From a virus (Duplodnaviria > Caudoviricetes), in IMG/VR virus record IMGVR_UViG_3300028804_000001, positions 128,001 to 192,000 of that record: a stretch of DNA of 64,000 nucleotides. One strand, written 5' to 3'. Of the stretch, positions 1 to 10,676 are shown in pieces. A program made the position numbers and the translations under genes. How positions within the stretch are numbered: position 1 is the first letter of the stretch; every line of letters begins with the position of its first letter. The notes beneath the pieces are model-generated. The model was not told the origin of the DNA and ran no database searches. It saw only the letters and a list, made by a program, of their open reading frames with translations.

Positions 1-568
1 TAAGAATAGTTTGCGCACCAGCTAAAAGATCTGCAAGGCCTGCTTGATTATACAGAAGCCCGGAGGAAATATAAGCTGCTTTCTCTGGATCATCATCGGG
101 AACGTGTCTCTCTCCGAATGTTGCAACTACTCTTAGGAGAGACCACATAGACAGTGGTCTTCCAGCTGGAGTCTTTGCGAGTCGCATGTAATCTTCTACT
201 TCAAGATTTAGTTTAAGAAGTGCTTCATTTCTAACTTGATCTAGAGTCTTTACGCCATCTGTAATTAACTCATCGACGGACTTTGCAACAATCATACCGT
301 CTTTTATTTTCTCATATGGATTTAATTGTATTTCTCCAGTATCTACTCTTTCCTGGAGTGTCTTTACTCTTACTCCAGGAATACTAGAATCCCATACAGT
401 TCCAGTTGGTGGAAATTTATCTCCAGATACCCATCCTTTTTTAGGGGTTCTTTTATTTACTATATTCCAATCCATTACTAAATCTTCCGCTTGTTTGCGG
501 TAAGATTCGGTATCAGGCATTTCTTGAATTACTGTTCCGGAATCGTTGAAGATATAAATCTTACTCAT
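1..568 (-). CDS. Putative tail fibre assembly/chaperone protein (3'-truncated by the window edge; not in the ORF track)
   Basis: ATG at 568-566 overlaps the tail-fibre TGA (ATGA). The frame is open to the window edge: MSKIYIFNDSGTVIQEMPDTESYRKQAEDLVMDWNIVNK...VKTLQERVDTGEIQLNPYEKIKDGMIVAKSVDELITDGVKTLDQVRNEALLKLN.... The position directly downstream of a tail fibre is typical of fibre chaperones. Confidence 0.65.
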   Translation of the reverse strand, partial: MSKIYIFNDSGTVIQEMPDTESYRKQAEDLVMDWNIVNKRTPKKGWVSGDKFPPTGTVWDSSIPGVRVKTLQERVDTGEIQLNPYEKIKDGMIVAKSVDELITDGVKTLDQVRNEALLKLNLEVEDYMRLAKTPAGRPLSMWSLLRVVATFGERHVPDDDPEKAAYISSGLLYNQAGLADLLAGAQTIL

Positions 569-3500
569 GGGTTGTAAACTCCGCCAAATTCATAGATATG
601 GACTGCTTGTCCAAGAGGTTGATTCTTGTAGCTGAGACGAAGAGATCCATATGAGGATATAGAATCAGAATCAGTTTGGCTGACATTTCCAGTATTATAG
701 TTTACACTAGAGCTACCTAGGTCCCCTCCACCAAAACCAGTTCCAGCTGATGCAAATGGATGGATCATACCGGAATATATTCCATGATCAATGGAAGTAG
801 TGTGATAGTGCGGATGGAAGTGAGCTTGAGATGTATCTGTAAATCTAAATCCAGCCAATAAACCATAGTCGGCTGCTTGTTCAAAGCCTTCCATCTTTAT
901 ATGTTGGGCTGTTGTTGAAGAACCTACTATACGATGTGGGTGAACTCTAAATGTCCCAGATCTAGTTTCGGTAAAAGAAGATCCTGTAAATCTAGCTATC
1001 CCCTTATCTATCCTAATATTATCTAAGTAACCACTATAGGATGTAAGGGATCCACTTTCACCATGACCAATAAATAGAGGTCTATCAGATCCAGTGGTAT
1101 AGTTAGTAGCATCTGCCGCGCTAGCCTGGAGAACTCCATCTATGTAAATCTTAAGAGTTCCAGATTCTCTAGTAACTACCACATGGAACCATTCGTGGGT
1201 TCTAGTAATAGAGTTATTAGGTGTAGAGATAGTTACACCACCTGCTCCAGTTCCTCTCCACTTAATAAGCATATTAGTGGCATCCATCTGGATACCGTAG
1301 ATTCTATCTGTATCTGCTGCAGAAACTGCAGAGGATCTTAATAAAAGATATCTTGTTCCAGAAGTAAAGAAAGGCCACATTCTAAATTCGAATGTAAAGT
1401 CGCCCGTTCCAAGATCCCAACCATCGAAATCAACTATCTCGAAATATGCAGATGATGTGAATCTATAAGAGGAAGACCCAGTATATTTATTCCTTGGTTC
1501 AAAAGTTACCGAGTTTTGATTTTTCACGAAGTGCTTATACTGTGAAAGATCAACTACATAGTTTCCAGAACCAGGATCTTCTCCATCCATGAAAAGAACC
1601 GCAGAAGTATCTACGGTATTTGCATGGTCGATAAGAAGATATCTATTTCTTCTTACACTCCATTCTTTTGGAGAAGTATACGATGACCATACTCCATCCC
1701 AGTGTCTGTTCTCCCAGGTAGATACAGATCCCTTGGTTATCTGGATATTATCCATGTAACCATAGAATGTAAGACCATCGATTCTATTTCTCAGAAGTCC
1801 ACTATATCCTATGAACAATCTTTGTTCGGAAGTTCCAGTATAGTCAGTAGTATCATCTACTTCACCAACCATATTCTGGTTTAACCACATGCGCAGTTTT
1901 CCAGATTTTCTGGACACGGCGAAGTGATACCAAGTGCTCAGGTTTGTAACTGATCCATTTGGAGATGCCAATTGCGTTGTATTGGAGAAGTTTTTACCAG
2001 CCCAGATAATTCTATCTCTAGAACCATCATAGTAAAGTCCAAAAGCAACATCCTGGAGAATATCTTTTCTTACTTTTATAAGGAGTGGTGCGCCGATAGA
2101 TACTACCCAATGACTTCCATCGGAAGTAGATGCTGAGCAATATGCTCCACCAGCTCCCATATTATAAAGGCCGGCTGCATTCCAATGAGTTGAGAAGTCC
2201 TCATTACCCTTGATGATTCCAATGTAGGAGCCAGTTCCACCATTGTAATAGCTGATAACCTTTGCTCCATCAGAACGAAGAGTTATATGGATAGGATTAG
2301 ATACTGGAGTTACAGTAGAAGTAATTACCGCATCTGTTCCGGCTTTACTAGGATCTATCTTATAGATATAATCAGTATCATATACTGGAGCCCATAAATA
2401 GGTCCCGTCATGAACCATTCTATAGCAATCGCCACCTATTGGTATAGGAGCACCCACTTCAAGAGTGGTTTTGTTCATGCTGCGTATATTATTTCCACCA
2501 AAGCTGGAGAACCATATATAGTTCCCATAGCTGGCTATAGCATATGGGTTAGTATCAATATTAGCAGTGATGGTTTGCACAATTGTCATCGTGCCTGGAT
2601 CAATCTTTAATATAGCGTTTCCACCATAGTTAGTAACCCAGATAAATGTTCCATCGTGGACACCACCGTTACAAGCACTCGGAAGAACACATGTTCCAAC
2701 TACTGATATAGATGAAGTATTAACTTTCTTGAGAGTATATGAATCATCTATATACCATATGAACCCGCCACCGTAGAAGATATCAACTACGTAGTTTCCA
2801 CCACCTACAGAAATAGCAGTAGGATCTATTGCTCCAGTTACAGGATAGAACTTAACAAGCTTAGAACCTACAGTATTGGAAGTAACCCATAAGTTAGTTC
2901 CATCCGATGCAACTCTGTAGTTATTACCACCGTTCTGGGTATCAACAAAGTATGTAGCTTCTTGAATAGTTTTTAAGCTGATAATGTTCAGAACTGTATC
3001 ACTGACACAAGGAATAAACATCTCATAACCATTAGAGAGAATAAATGGCTTTGTGTAAGGATTTGCCCTGGTAGAAATTCTACCCGCAGTAATAATAGAA
3101 TTGGTAGTATCTAAATGTTTCAGCGAATTATTAGAATAATCGCAGATGTAGATAACCTTTTCATCTGGGGTAGCTACCAATCCCGCAGGGTTACTCAATG
3201 CAGAATAACTAGCAGTTAGTGTATCTACTACTGCTCCACTAGAATTAATCTTGGAGATGCTGTTACTTCCCCAGTTAGCTACCCATATAAAACCAGCAGC
3301 TTTGGTGATACCTCTGGGGTTAGTTCCAACTGTAATAGGAGAACCAATGATTGAATCGCTTGTAGCATCAAATCTAACTACAGAAGCAGAACCATAGCAT
3401 GAAATCCATAGAGTCCCATTGTCATTGTATATACCTTCTGGATTGTTGGCACCTAATGCCATTGGGTATCCAACCTCTTGAGTATTCGTATTGAAGTTTA

Positions 3501-6500
3501 CTTTAGAGATTGAATTTGCGGTGTTATTAGTGACCCATAAAAACCCTTCAGCATTAACAATTTGAAGGGGCCCTGTTCCTACAGATACAGTAGCAACCTG
3601 AGCCATAGTGCTAGGATTGATCTTTCTAATTATATCAGATCCATAGTCAACTACCCAGATAAAGGTTCCATCATCTGTTATATCGTATAGAGCTGTTCCA
3701 CCGCTATATGTTCCTACAACTCTTCCAGTTTTCAGATCGATTTTCTTTAGAGAAGAGCTAGCATTGGTAGTCCAAAGATAACCAAATGCCTCATGGCCAA
3801 AATAATTGTTTATTCCTGTAGTCCAACCGGCAAGTGCATAATCTAAACGATCGATAGTCTTCTCTCTGGTAATAATACCCATGCTCTGAGCGTTTACTCC
3901 AGAGGTAGATGGATAGAAGTATCCTTCAATAGTGAAGTCTCCTGATAAATCAAAATCAGAATGAGGATCACAAACTAATGTGTCTCCGGCACCATCGAAA
4001 TATGAAGATTCAGTATCAGTTGCATATGCAGAGTTGGATAATCCTCCACCGCTTCTCCAATGTTCTATTCTACGTTTCTTTGGAGATCCATCTCTAATAT
4101 CATAGGAGTTTCCTCCATCTTGATATGGAGATCTAGTGAATAGGACAACATCAGGAGACATCGACCCCTGAGCTTCCTCAGTTGTCTCAGCATCATAACC
4201 ATAGCCGATTACTCTGTAATCGCCAGCAGTTAATGGACCATAACCAGTTTCCAGGGTAATAGTCTTATTCCAATTATGCTTGGATCCTCCTACTACTCCA
4301 CCCTTGGTTACATGAAAGAGTGCATCTTGTCTATAAGATTCGAATACACTTCTTTCAATATATCTATCTTCTAGATATAAACGAACTCCATCTCTATGTT
4401 GAATATAGTTGGTAGCTTTGAAATCTTTTATTCCATAAGAATCAGATGCTCTGTTTCTCCATTCTGGAACAAGAAGAGACCAGTTTAAAATACTGATAAC
4501 AGTATCTTCCTGGGTTAATCTAAACCAAGGTTTATCTACAGTAGGTTCAACACATTCTCTTCTGTGGAAGATATCGCCAACGTGTCTTCCGTAGAATTGA
4601 GCCCAATAATCTACATAGTCTTTTCTAGTTCCATGATCATTATCAGTTGGAGTTAGAGGAAGGTGAATTTGCCCTGCTACAAGAGTTACATCATCCTGAA
4701 CTTGCAGAGCTCCACCAACTGTGCTATTTCCAGTTACAGAAGAGTCTCCACCAATAGTAGAGTCGGATCCTACAGTAAGAGAACCAACCGCTGAAATATT
4801 TCCACCGGCATTGATATCTCCAGATGCTGCAATATTAGAACCAGAACGGATCTGCTTTTCAGCACTAATACCGCCCTTAGTTCTTATTGATGCTCCACCA
4901 GAGTAATTCGAAGTAGTGGCATCTGTAGCATCTTCAACAGATAGAGCTCCAACTGTTTTCTTAATCCAGCTGATCTCATCAACTTTCATAAGAGGCTTCC
5001 AGCCTACTGCAGCTGTTGCCCAATTGAATACTATATTATAGGATCCGCGGTTGGTGAATTTGATCTTAAGATTAGTATCAACTGCCTGGTCAATATAGAA
5101 CCAGGCTAATCCTCTCTCCTGCTTTAAAACCGGGAAGTAATATCCAGAATTATCGCGCAAGTATACAGAGCTGTATCCATCAAGGTCGGAGTCGCCTGCA
5201 TTTGAGCAGTCATAAGCAACACAAACAACCTTGCCTTCAAGTCTGTCGAGAAGTATGTAATCATATTGGTAGTCAGTTACTGTATACTCGAGGATTTCTC
5301 CTGGAGCTATAGTTACTGGATCTCTATTAAAACTAATAGTAGTTAGAGAATTGGGATCTCCGTACTGCCATTTATTATGAACAAACAGAGGATCGGTTAT
5401 GAGGTTATCATTGTCCTCTTCATCCTGACGGAACTCTTCTCCTATATTCTGATAGTATCCAAGGAAAAGATATCCATTCGGATTTTTAACAGAAGGATAA
5501 TCCCCATCCTCACTAATACCGGCAGAATCTAAATACAGCAGATAATCGAAGCTGTCGTTAGGATCACTTGTATAATTGGAGCTCTCGTAGAAGAGAGCAA
5601 GAATGTTATTTCTAGCTAGAATCTTGAACGGCTGAGAAGTAGACTTGCCAGTTACTTCACTTACTCTCTCTTCTCTAGCAACCCAGAGTTTTGCAACTCC
5701 AGAATCAAAACCGCCTACTATGATAGAGGAACCATCACAGTAGTAATATTGTGAAGAAGGATATCTTGCAAAAGTGGTTATAGTGTACTCTTTAGAAGAG
5801 AGGTCTACGATATCATTTCCAGATACAAGATGCTTATATGCTACGATCTTATTATCGTTAGAGATATTGGTAGTAGAGAATACTACATTAATCTTATTAT
5901 CGAAAGACCATACGGCCCCAATATCAGTTTGATCATTGTTGTTAGAAACAGTATCAAATGAAACGTCGTGGGTAGAAAGAAGCTTAAGCGCAGTTTCTAC
6001 TTCTTCGTTGTGATGATCTGAACCATAGAAATCATAAGTGTATGTAGATGTCAGAGAAGCGATATCTTTCTTAAGGATTACCAGTCCAGAATGCTGTCCC
6101 TTATATGCAGTTGTGCATGCAGTTCTTACTTTTAAATTACTGCCGGCCGTATATTCTGTTCTATACGTTCCTCTAAGATTCTTAGCTCTATCAAGGCAGA
6201 ATACATCAACAGTATCACTTACAGTATCTTCTGTCTTACCAATAAATGCGATGATGGTATTACCCTCATCATCGGCACTCATGTGGAACTGTGAGCCAGT
6301 TACAGAATAGAAGGACGAAGATCTAATGAGAAGAGTTGTGACCCCGTAGAGTGAACTGAAATCAGTGTTACTTCCAATAATCTTAGAAGTAACGACAGGG
6401 ACGCCCAGACGAGGAATAACACTACCAACAACAATAGCACATCTTTCAGTAGTTTCATTTAATAATGATCCTGTATAGAATCCCATCAGAACGGCAAAGT

Positions 6501-8718
6501 GTATAACACCTCCGATCTCGACGGAAGAAGATTCAATTATGTAACTATGGGATGTTGCGGCATTGAGCGTACCATGGTTTGCCAGAGATACTTTTTGCTG
6601 GTTAATAAGCTTATAATCTGGGCTACCAGGAATAGCTGCCGACAGCTGAACAAGTAGATATTTGTTTCCACTGTCATCAGTATTGTTTTCATCATGAGAA
6701 AAGCTTACTTCTCCTACAGTATGCCCATCTGTAACAGAACCATTAAGGAATGGTACGGAGAAGGCACTAAGGCTTGGAATCTTAGATGAATCTTGAGTAA
6801 GAGTAGAGTCACCAATAGGTCTAAACTCGGAGGAGGAGCCAGTAGGTCCTACGAGTTCAAACTGCCTAGGATTATGTCTAAGGCCAAGCCCAGAGTTGAT
6901 AGCCAACTGGATGGACTTACCTATTTCATTTGCATTTTCGCCGCAAATAAAATAAGCATCAGAAGGATTTCCGCCAGTCACTTTAGCTCTGAAAGTGATG
7001 CTATCGGCTGACGAAAGAGTAATGGGATCTGCTTTAAAGAAAGATACAATATCTGGCAATGCTGCCTGTGGATGTTGTGTCTTAGCTTGTAAGATTACTT
7101 CATCGAGAAGAAGTATTTCATATTCAAGATAAGTGGATCCAGTCAGTTCCTTAACTTCTGTAATGGTATTTCCATTCTTCTTACAGAGAAGAAATCCAAC
7201 ACCGCCAATCTGAAATGGTTTAGTATAATCAAAACCAGAATCTTCAGTAAAGGGAGAGAATTTAACATCTACAAAATCAGTATCAAGCCAGATTCTATAG
7301 CCAGTATTAATATTGGTAGTTCCCTGCTTTACTTTAACCGGCAGGTGTGCGCCAAAGTCAGTTCTTAACTGATGGGTTCTAATCTTATCTCCGCGGTAAA
7401 CAGCAAGCTTGCTATCCCGAGGAATAAGCTTTTCTCTAAGAGAATTTCTCCAATCTGCTCTTTCAATTGGAATAATTGGATGTGCATTTCTTAAGTCGGT
7501 TAAGACCGATCCTGTGAATCCTTTTGTATCTGGATTTCCACCATATACAATTGGCATAATATCGGAGAGTATCGTCCAGGAACTGCTACTTTTAAGTTTA
7601 GTAGAATCCTCATCCCAGCAGCTTACAAGGACTTCATAGATTGCAAAAGCATTATCTACTTGCTGTGCACCAGACTCGGATTCGGAAGAACCAACAACTA
7701 CACGAATCTCCCCATCTGACTGTGCAACAATGAGATCCTTTCTCCAAGCTGGATAGAAATGATAGAAATAGATAGTAAGAGTATCAGTTTGCTCACTCGC
7801 AAGTGGATCTGGATTGGCAGCGAGGAATACAGAAGGTCTCACTGAGATATAGGCTTCTTCCGAGTTAGATCCATTATAGAGAATCTTGATATCTCTATCA
7901 TTTGGATCTGAGGAAGATTCGCCCAACAGTCTATCAGTTCCATTATCTGCCCATAGAACTTGAAGATCTAGATCTCCAGAAGTGGTAGAGAATTGAGCAG
8001 GCTCTACTGGAAATCTAAGAGGAAGTCCATTTCTAGCTCTAGAGATTGGGATCCTTCCGATAAATCTAGAGGATCCAGTATCATAAGTAAGATCTACTCT
8101 GTTAATAGCTTCCTTAGGGAATACACTATTACTAATGTCGAACTCTACGTTCTTTTTGATCTCTGGTGGATCGATAGTTACACTGTAGGTTTGATTAGCT
8201 GTCCCATAACCTCTTAAGAAGTTAGGACCAAGGATCTTACCACCAACAAGATCAATAGTTCTATCATTGATCTTAAGAATCTCAAACTCGGGGATAACAT
8301 TAACCTGACCGGGAACTAATCTATTTTCAATAGGTGCTACGGCAGATGAGAATGGATCCTGCTCATCGAAAGACTTAATAACACCAACATCAAAGATATC
8401 TTTGAGTGGCAGGGCGCCAGCATCAATACGCTCACCCTGGAGAATGATATTCTGTCTTAATGCTTCAAGAGCCTTCGCAACATTCTGATTCTTAGCAGGA
8501 AGGTTATAGATATCAAAATCAAACTCACCAAGGAGTTGTGCTACCTGCTTGAACGTCTTTTCATACGTAGTAAATCTAGGACCATGGAGTGCATGCATCC
8601 GCTGCTCTGCGGGGTTAAGTCTTGCACCCGGTGCTAAATCTTTATATACGTTCGGATCCCCAGGGCCTGGAGTCTCCGAGGCGAAGTTGAAAAATAATTC
8701 TATCTTTTTCTTAGCCAA
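565..8718 (-). CDS. Giant tail fibre / receptor-binding protein (2717 aa) with two LamG-like domains and YVTN/Vgb-type beta-propeller repeats
   Basis: TTG start with AGGTG upstream. Contains a G/S-rich beta-helix-like stretch (GDINAGGNISAVGSLTVGSDSTIGGD), a fibre motif PTDNDHGTRKDYVD, and many ~40-aa propeller blades (DGTFIWVVDYGSDIIRKINP, VGTNPRGITKAAGFIWVANWGSNSISKIN). LamG motifs: DFTIEGYFY, WYHFAVSRKSG, WFHVVVTRESGTLKIYIDG, YSGYLDNIRIDKG. The C-terminus has an HxH tip (QAHFHPHYH). Confidence 0.85.
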   Translation of the reverse strand: MAKKKIELFFNFASETPGPGDPNVYKDLAPGARLNPAEQRMHALHGPRFTTYEKTFKQVAQLLGEFDFDIYNLPAKNQNVAKALEALRQNIILQGERIDAGALPLKDIFDVGVIKSFDEQDPFSSAVAPIENRLVPGQVNVIPEFEILKINDRTIDLVGGKILGPNFLRGYGTANQTYSVTIDPPEIKKNVEFDISNSVFPKEAINRVDLTYDTGSSRFIGRIPISRARNGLPLRFPVEPAQFSTTSGDLDLQVLWADNGTDRLLGESSSDPNDRDIKILYNGSNSEEAYISVRPSVFLAANPDPLASEQTDTLTIYFYHFYPAWRKDLIVAQSDGEIRVVVGSSESESGAQQVDNAFAIYEVLVSCWDEDSTKLKSSSSWTILSDIMPIVYGGNPDTKGFTGSVLTDLRNAHPIIPIERADWRNSLREKLIPRDSKLAVYRGDKIRTHQLRTDFGAHLPVKVKQGTTNINTGYRIWLDTDFVDVKFSPFTEDSGFDYTKPFQIGGVGFLLCKKNGNTITEVKELTGSTYLEYEILLLDEVILQAKTQHPQAALPDIVSFFKADPITLSSADSITFRAKVTGGNPSDAYFICGENANEIGKSIQLAINSGLGLRHNPRQFELVGPTGSSSEFRPIGDSTLTQDSSKIPSLSAFSVPFLNGSVTDGHTVGEVSFSHDENNTDDSGNKYLLVQLSAAIPGSPDYKLINQQKVSLANHGTLNAATSHSYIIESSSVEIGGVIHFAVLMGFYTGSLLNETTERCAIVVGSVIPRLGVPVVTSKIIGSNTDFSSLYGVTTLLIRSSSFYSVTGSQFHMSADDEGNTIIAFIGKTEDTVSDTVDVFCLDRAKNLRGTYRTEYTAGSNLKVRTACTTAYKGQHSGLVILKKDIASLTSTYTYDFYGSDHHNEEVETALKLLSTHDVSFDTVSNNNDQTDIGAVWSFDNKINVVFSTTNISNDNKIVAYKHLVSGNDIVDLSSKEYTITTFARYPSSQYYYCDGSSIIVGGFDSGVAKLWVAREERVSEVTGKSTSQPFKILARNNILALFYESSNYTSDPNDSFDYLLYLDSAGISEDGDYPSVKNPNGYLFLGYYQNIGEEFRQDEEDNDNLITDPLFVHNKWQYGDPNSLTTISFNRDPVTIAPGEILEYTVTDYQYDYILLDRLEGKVVCVAYDCSNAGDSDLDGYSSVYLRDNSGYYFPVLKQERGLAWFYIDQAVDTNLKIKFTNRGSYNIVFNWATAAVGWKPLMKVDEISWIKKTVGALSVEDATDATTSNYSGGASIRTKGGISAEKQIRSGSNIAASGDINAGGNISAVGSLTVGSDSTIGGDSSVTGNSTVGGALQVQDDVTLVAGQIHLPLTPTDNDHGTRKDYVDYWAQFYGRHVGDIFHRRECVEPTVDKPWFRLTQEDTVISILNWSLLVPEWRNRASDSYGIKDFKATNYIQHRDGVRLYLEDRYIERSVFESYRQDALFHVTKGGVVGGSKHNWNKTITLETGYGPLTAGDYRVIGYGYDAETTEEAQGSMSPDVVLFTRSPYQDGGNSYDIRDGSPKKRRIEHWRSGGGLSNSAYATDTESSYFDGAGDTLVCDPHSDFDLSGDFTIEGYFYPSTSGVNAQSMGIITREKTIDRLDYALAGWTTGINNYFGHEAFGYLWTTNASSSLKKIDLKTGRVVGTYSGGTALYDITDDGTFIWVVDYGSDIIRKINPSTMAQVATVSVGTGPLQIVNAEGFLWVTNNTANSISKVNFNTNTQEVGYPMALGANNPEGIYNDNGTLWISCYGSASVVRFDATSDSIIGSPITVGTNPRGITKAAGFIWVANWGSNSISKINSSGAVVDTLTASYSALSNPAGLVATPDEKVIYICDYSNNSLKHLDTTNSIITAGRISTRANPYTKPFILSNGYEMFIPCVSDTVLNIISLKTIQEATYFVDTQNGGNNYRVASDGTNLWVTSNTVGSKLVKFYPVTGAIDPTAISVGGGNYVVDIFYGGGFIWYIDDSYTLKKVNTSSISVVGTCVLPSACNGGVHDGTFIWVTNYGGNAILKIDPGTMTIVQTITANIDTNPYAIASYGNYIWFSSFGGNNIRSMNKTTLEVGAPIPIGGDCYRMVHDGTYLWAPVYDTDYIYKIDPSKAGTDAVITSTVTPVSNPIHITLRSDGAKVISYYNGGTGSYIGIIKGNEDFSTHWNAAGLYNMGAGGAYCSASTSDGSHWVVSIGAPLLIKVRKDILQDVAFGLYYDGSRDRIIWAGKNFSNTTQLASPNGSVTNLSTWYHFAVSRKSGKLRMWLNQNMVGEVDDTTDYTGTSEQRLFIGYSGLLRNRIDGLTFYGYMDNIQITKGSVSTWENRHWDGVWSSYTSPKEWSVRRNRYLLIDHANTVDTSAVLFMDGEDPGSGNYVVDLSQYKHFVKNQNSVTFEPRNKYTGSSSYRFTSSAYFEIVDFDGWDLGTGDFTFEFRMWPFFTSGTRYLLLRSSAVSAADTDRIYGIQMDATNMLIKWRGTGAGGVTISTPNNSITRTHEWFHVVVTRESGTLKIYIDGVLQASAADATNYTTGSDRPLFIGHGESGSLTSYSGYLDNIRIDKGIARFTGSSFTETRSGTFRVHPHRIVGSSTTAQHIKMEGFEQAADYGLLAGFRFTDTSQAHFHPHYHTTSIDHGIYSGMIHPFASAGTGFGGGDLGSSSVNYNTGNVSQTDSDSISSYGSLRLSYKNQPLGQAVHIYEFGGVYNP

Positions 8719-9838
8719 AGTTTACACCTACAGAGCTTATTGTTTGCGGGAAATTATCGTTACTGTTCAATATAAACAGGAGCCAGTATATTTTGTTTGC
8801 TTCAAGGTTGGTTGTACCTTTCAAGACCTCATCGATACCAGTGATGTATTTATTGCTCACCTTATCGAACTCTTCCTGCTTATCATAAACCCGGATACTT
8901 ACGCCACTCAGCTTTGGCGAATACCAGGTTCCATTAACTTCAATGCCAGTAAGTTTGGTATTATCTGGTACACTAAAAGAATAACCAAAATAGCTAGTGC
9001 TGGCATATGTGGTAGAGAATGCTTCAAGTAGATCTACCCCAACGATAGAACCATTTAGACTTTCAATTCTAGATCTATTGGTAAGAGAAATATTCAGTCT
9101 ATTCCCTTGAATTGGAACAAATGGGATATACGCTGGAAAGGTTCTATCAAGAGCAGTAGTTTCGTTAAACTCTATCTGGGAGATCTTATTTGAAATATTG
9201 CTGTCGTTAATAGATACCGAATCAAGTTCCATTAAGCCGCCGGCTGGGAAAGGGTGATATTCTAAAGTATTGAAGGCTGCCAGTTCATTTGAAAGAGAAG
9301 TTTCTAGAATAAGATTAGCTTCTGTTACATCCTTACCAATGAATCTAAGAAGATATGGATACTCTCCAACTAGAATATCATTAATGTCACTTTCAAACAC
9401 TGCCTCTGGTTTGCTCAGGAATATATAGTTATGAGAGCTCTTTCTAATAGTAACACCGGGGCGTATTACTCTCTGCATATCTGCCAGATCAGTAAAGATC
9501 CTTCTCTTATTGATTATCTTACTTACAATGATACCAAATTCTGGAAGAGGTTCTGCTTTCTCGTTATCAGAAATAGATGAAGGATAAACAAACTTGGAGG
9601 TAGGAGTAATAGTTAGATTATAGGTTTTCTTTTCTCTAAGAGAATTCTGAAGAATGATTCTCTTGTTTGAAGTATCTATAAGTCTAAGGCCAGTATTAAG
9701 GATTTCTACCTTACCGAGATTCTCAAATGCTTGATCGTATAGATTTGAAGCATCTGTATAGGCTTGATGGAAATACCTGTTAAGTAGACCGGTATCTATC
9801 CTGGCAATATCACTAAGCTGCTGATCAGGTGTTTCCAT
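8711..9838 (-). CDS. Uncharacterised virion structural protein (375 aa), probable member of the paralogous baseplate-periphery family
   Basis: Long coupled ORF with a helical N-terminus followed by a beta-rich region. C-terminal YWLLFILNSNDNFPQTISSVGV resembles the C-termini of the 840/554/915-aa genes. Confidence 0.6.
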   Translation of the reverse strand: METPDQQLSDIARIDTGLLNRYFHQAYTDASNLYDQAFENLGKVEILNTGLRLIDTSNKRIILQNSLREKKTYNLTITPTSKFVYPSSISDNEKAEPLPEFGIIVSKIINKRRIFTDLADMQRVIRPGVTIRKSSHNYIFLSKPEAVFESDINDILVGEYPYLLRFIGKDVTEANLILETSLSNELAAFNTLEYHPFPAGGLMELDSVSINDSNISNKISQIEFNETTALDRTFPAYIPFVPIQGNRLNISLTNRSRIESLNGSIVGVDLLEAFSTTYASTSYFGYSFSVPDNTKLTGIEVNGTWYSPKLSGVSIRVYDKQEEFDKVSNKYITGIDEVLKGTTNLEANKIYWLLFILNSNDNFPQTISSVGVNFG

Positions 9839-9839
9839 T

Positions 9840-10676
9840 TTATACTACAGCCACCATAATATTTTTTTCTACGAGGTAGTTATTCTTTAGAGTAACTTTC
9901 AGTCTACCATCTGCTTGAACCTCCCCAGATACAAAAATAGTATCTGGGTTTTCTGGAAGAACTAAATCTAAACCTGAAATATATTCGAAAGAATAAGGAG
10001 TTCCATCAGCAGCAAACAGAACTTTACCATAAATAAACGATGGGCCACTATGGATATGCATCATGCTGTTAATGTTTAATCCTTCGAGTGACACAGTTCC
10101 AGCAGCTTCCAGAGATACTGCTATTGGCGATGTAGTAGAGTTATTGAGAAGAGCGGATCTTCCTTCTGCAGTATATGTAGCAACATATGTATTGAGACCA
10201 GTATCAAAGTTTACAGTATATGTTCCAATGCAAAGATCTGTAATTGGCTGGTCTTCCAGGAATACAATATCAATCTCTTCTCTTAAGATATAATTGTATT
10301 TCCTATTTCTCTGTCTTTCATTTACACGTTTATCGTCCGTGGTTCTTTTAGAGATACGTACACCAATATAGTATTTCTTGCCAGCCTCAAAATTATCGAG
10401 ACCATAGGAGCTATCCGGTGCAAAAAGAATAGGATTGAAATCAGAGTCCAACCCTCCAAATGATTCAATGTCCAGCTTGGACATATCAAAGCTATTGGTA
10501 GATACTTTTGGATATTTAAGAAATCCCGGAGCACTATCTACAGATGAGCTGATGAATTGGCGCAGCTTTGTAATTACATAGTCAATATCCCGGATATGAT
10601 CCTCAATAGAATAATCATCGAGAAAAGCTTCTGGATTCTCTACGTATGTGCGTTCAGCTGCAGGCACGTTACTCAT
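9840..10676 (-). CDS. Uncharacterised structural protein (278 aa)
   Basis: ORF abutting neighbours in the tail module; beta-rich; no recognisable catalytic motif. Confidence 0.6.
   Translation of the reverse strand: MSNVPAAERTYVENPEAFLDDYSIEDHIRDIDYVITKLRQFISSSVDSAPGFLKYPKVSTNSFDMSKLDIESFGGLDSDFNPILFAPDSSYGLDNFEAGKKYYIGVRISKRTTDDKRVNERQRNRKYNYILREEIDIVFLEDQPITDLCIGTYTVNFDTGLNTYVATYTAEGRSALLNNSTTSPIAVSLEAAGTVSLEGLNINSMMHIHSGPSFIYGKVLFAADGTPYSFEYISGLDLVLPENPDTIFVSGEVQADGRLKVTLKNNYLVEKNIMVAVV

Noticed and set aside
565-1000. Diversity-generating-retroelement target at the fibre C-terminus
   Set aside because: No reverse transcriptase or template repeat is visible in the window, and the tip is not C-type-lectin-like.
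2050-3850. DNA tandem repeat or CRISPR-like array in the fibre gene
   Set aside because: The periodicity is at protein level (diverged propeller blades); there are no identical nucleotide repeats with spacers.
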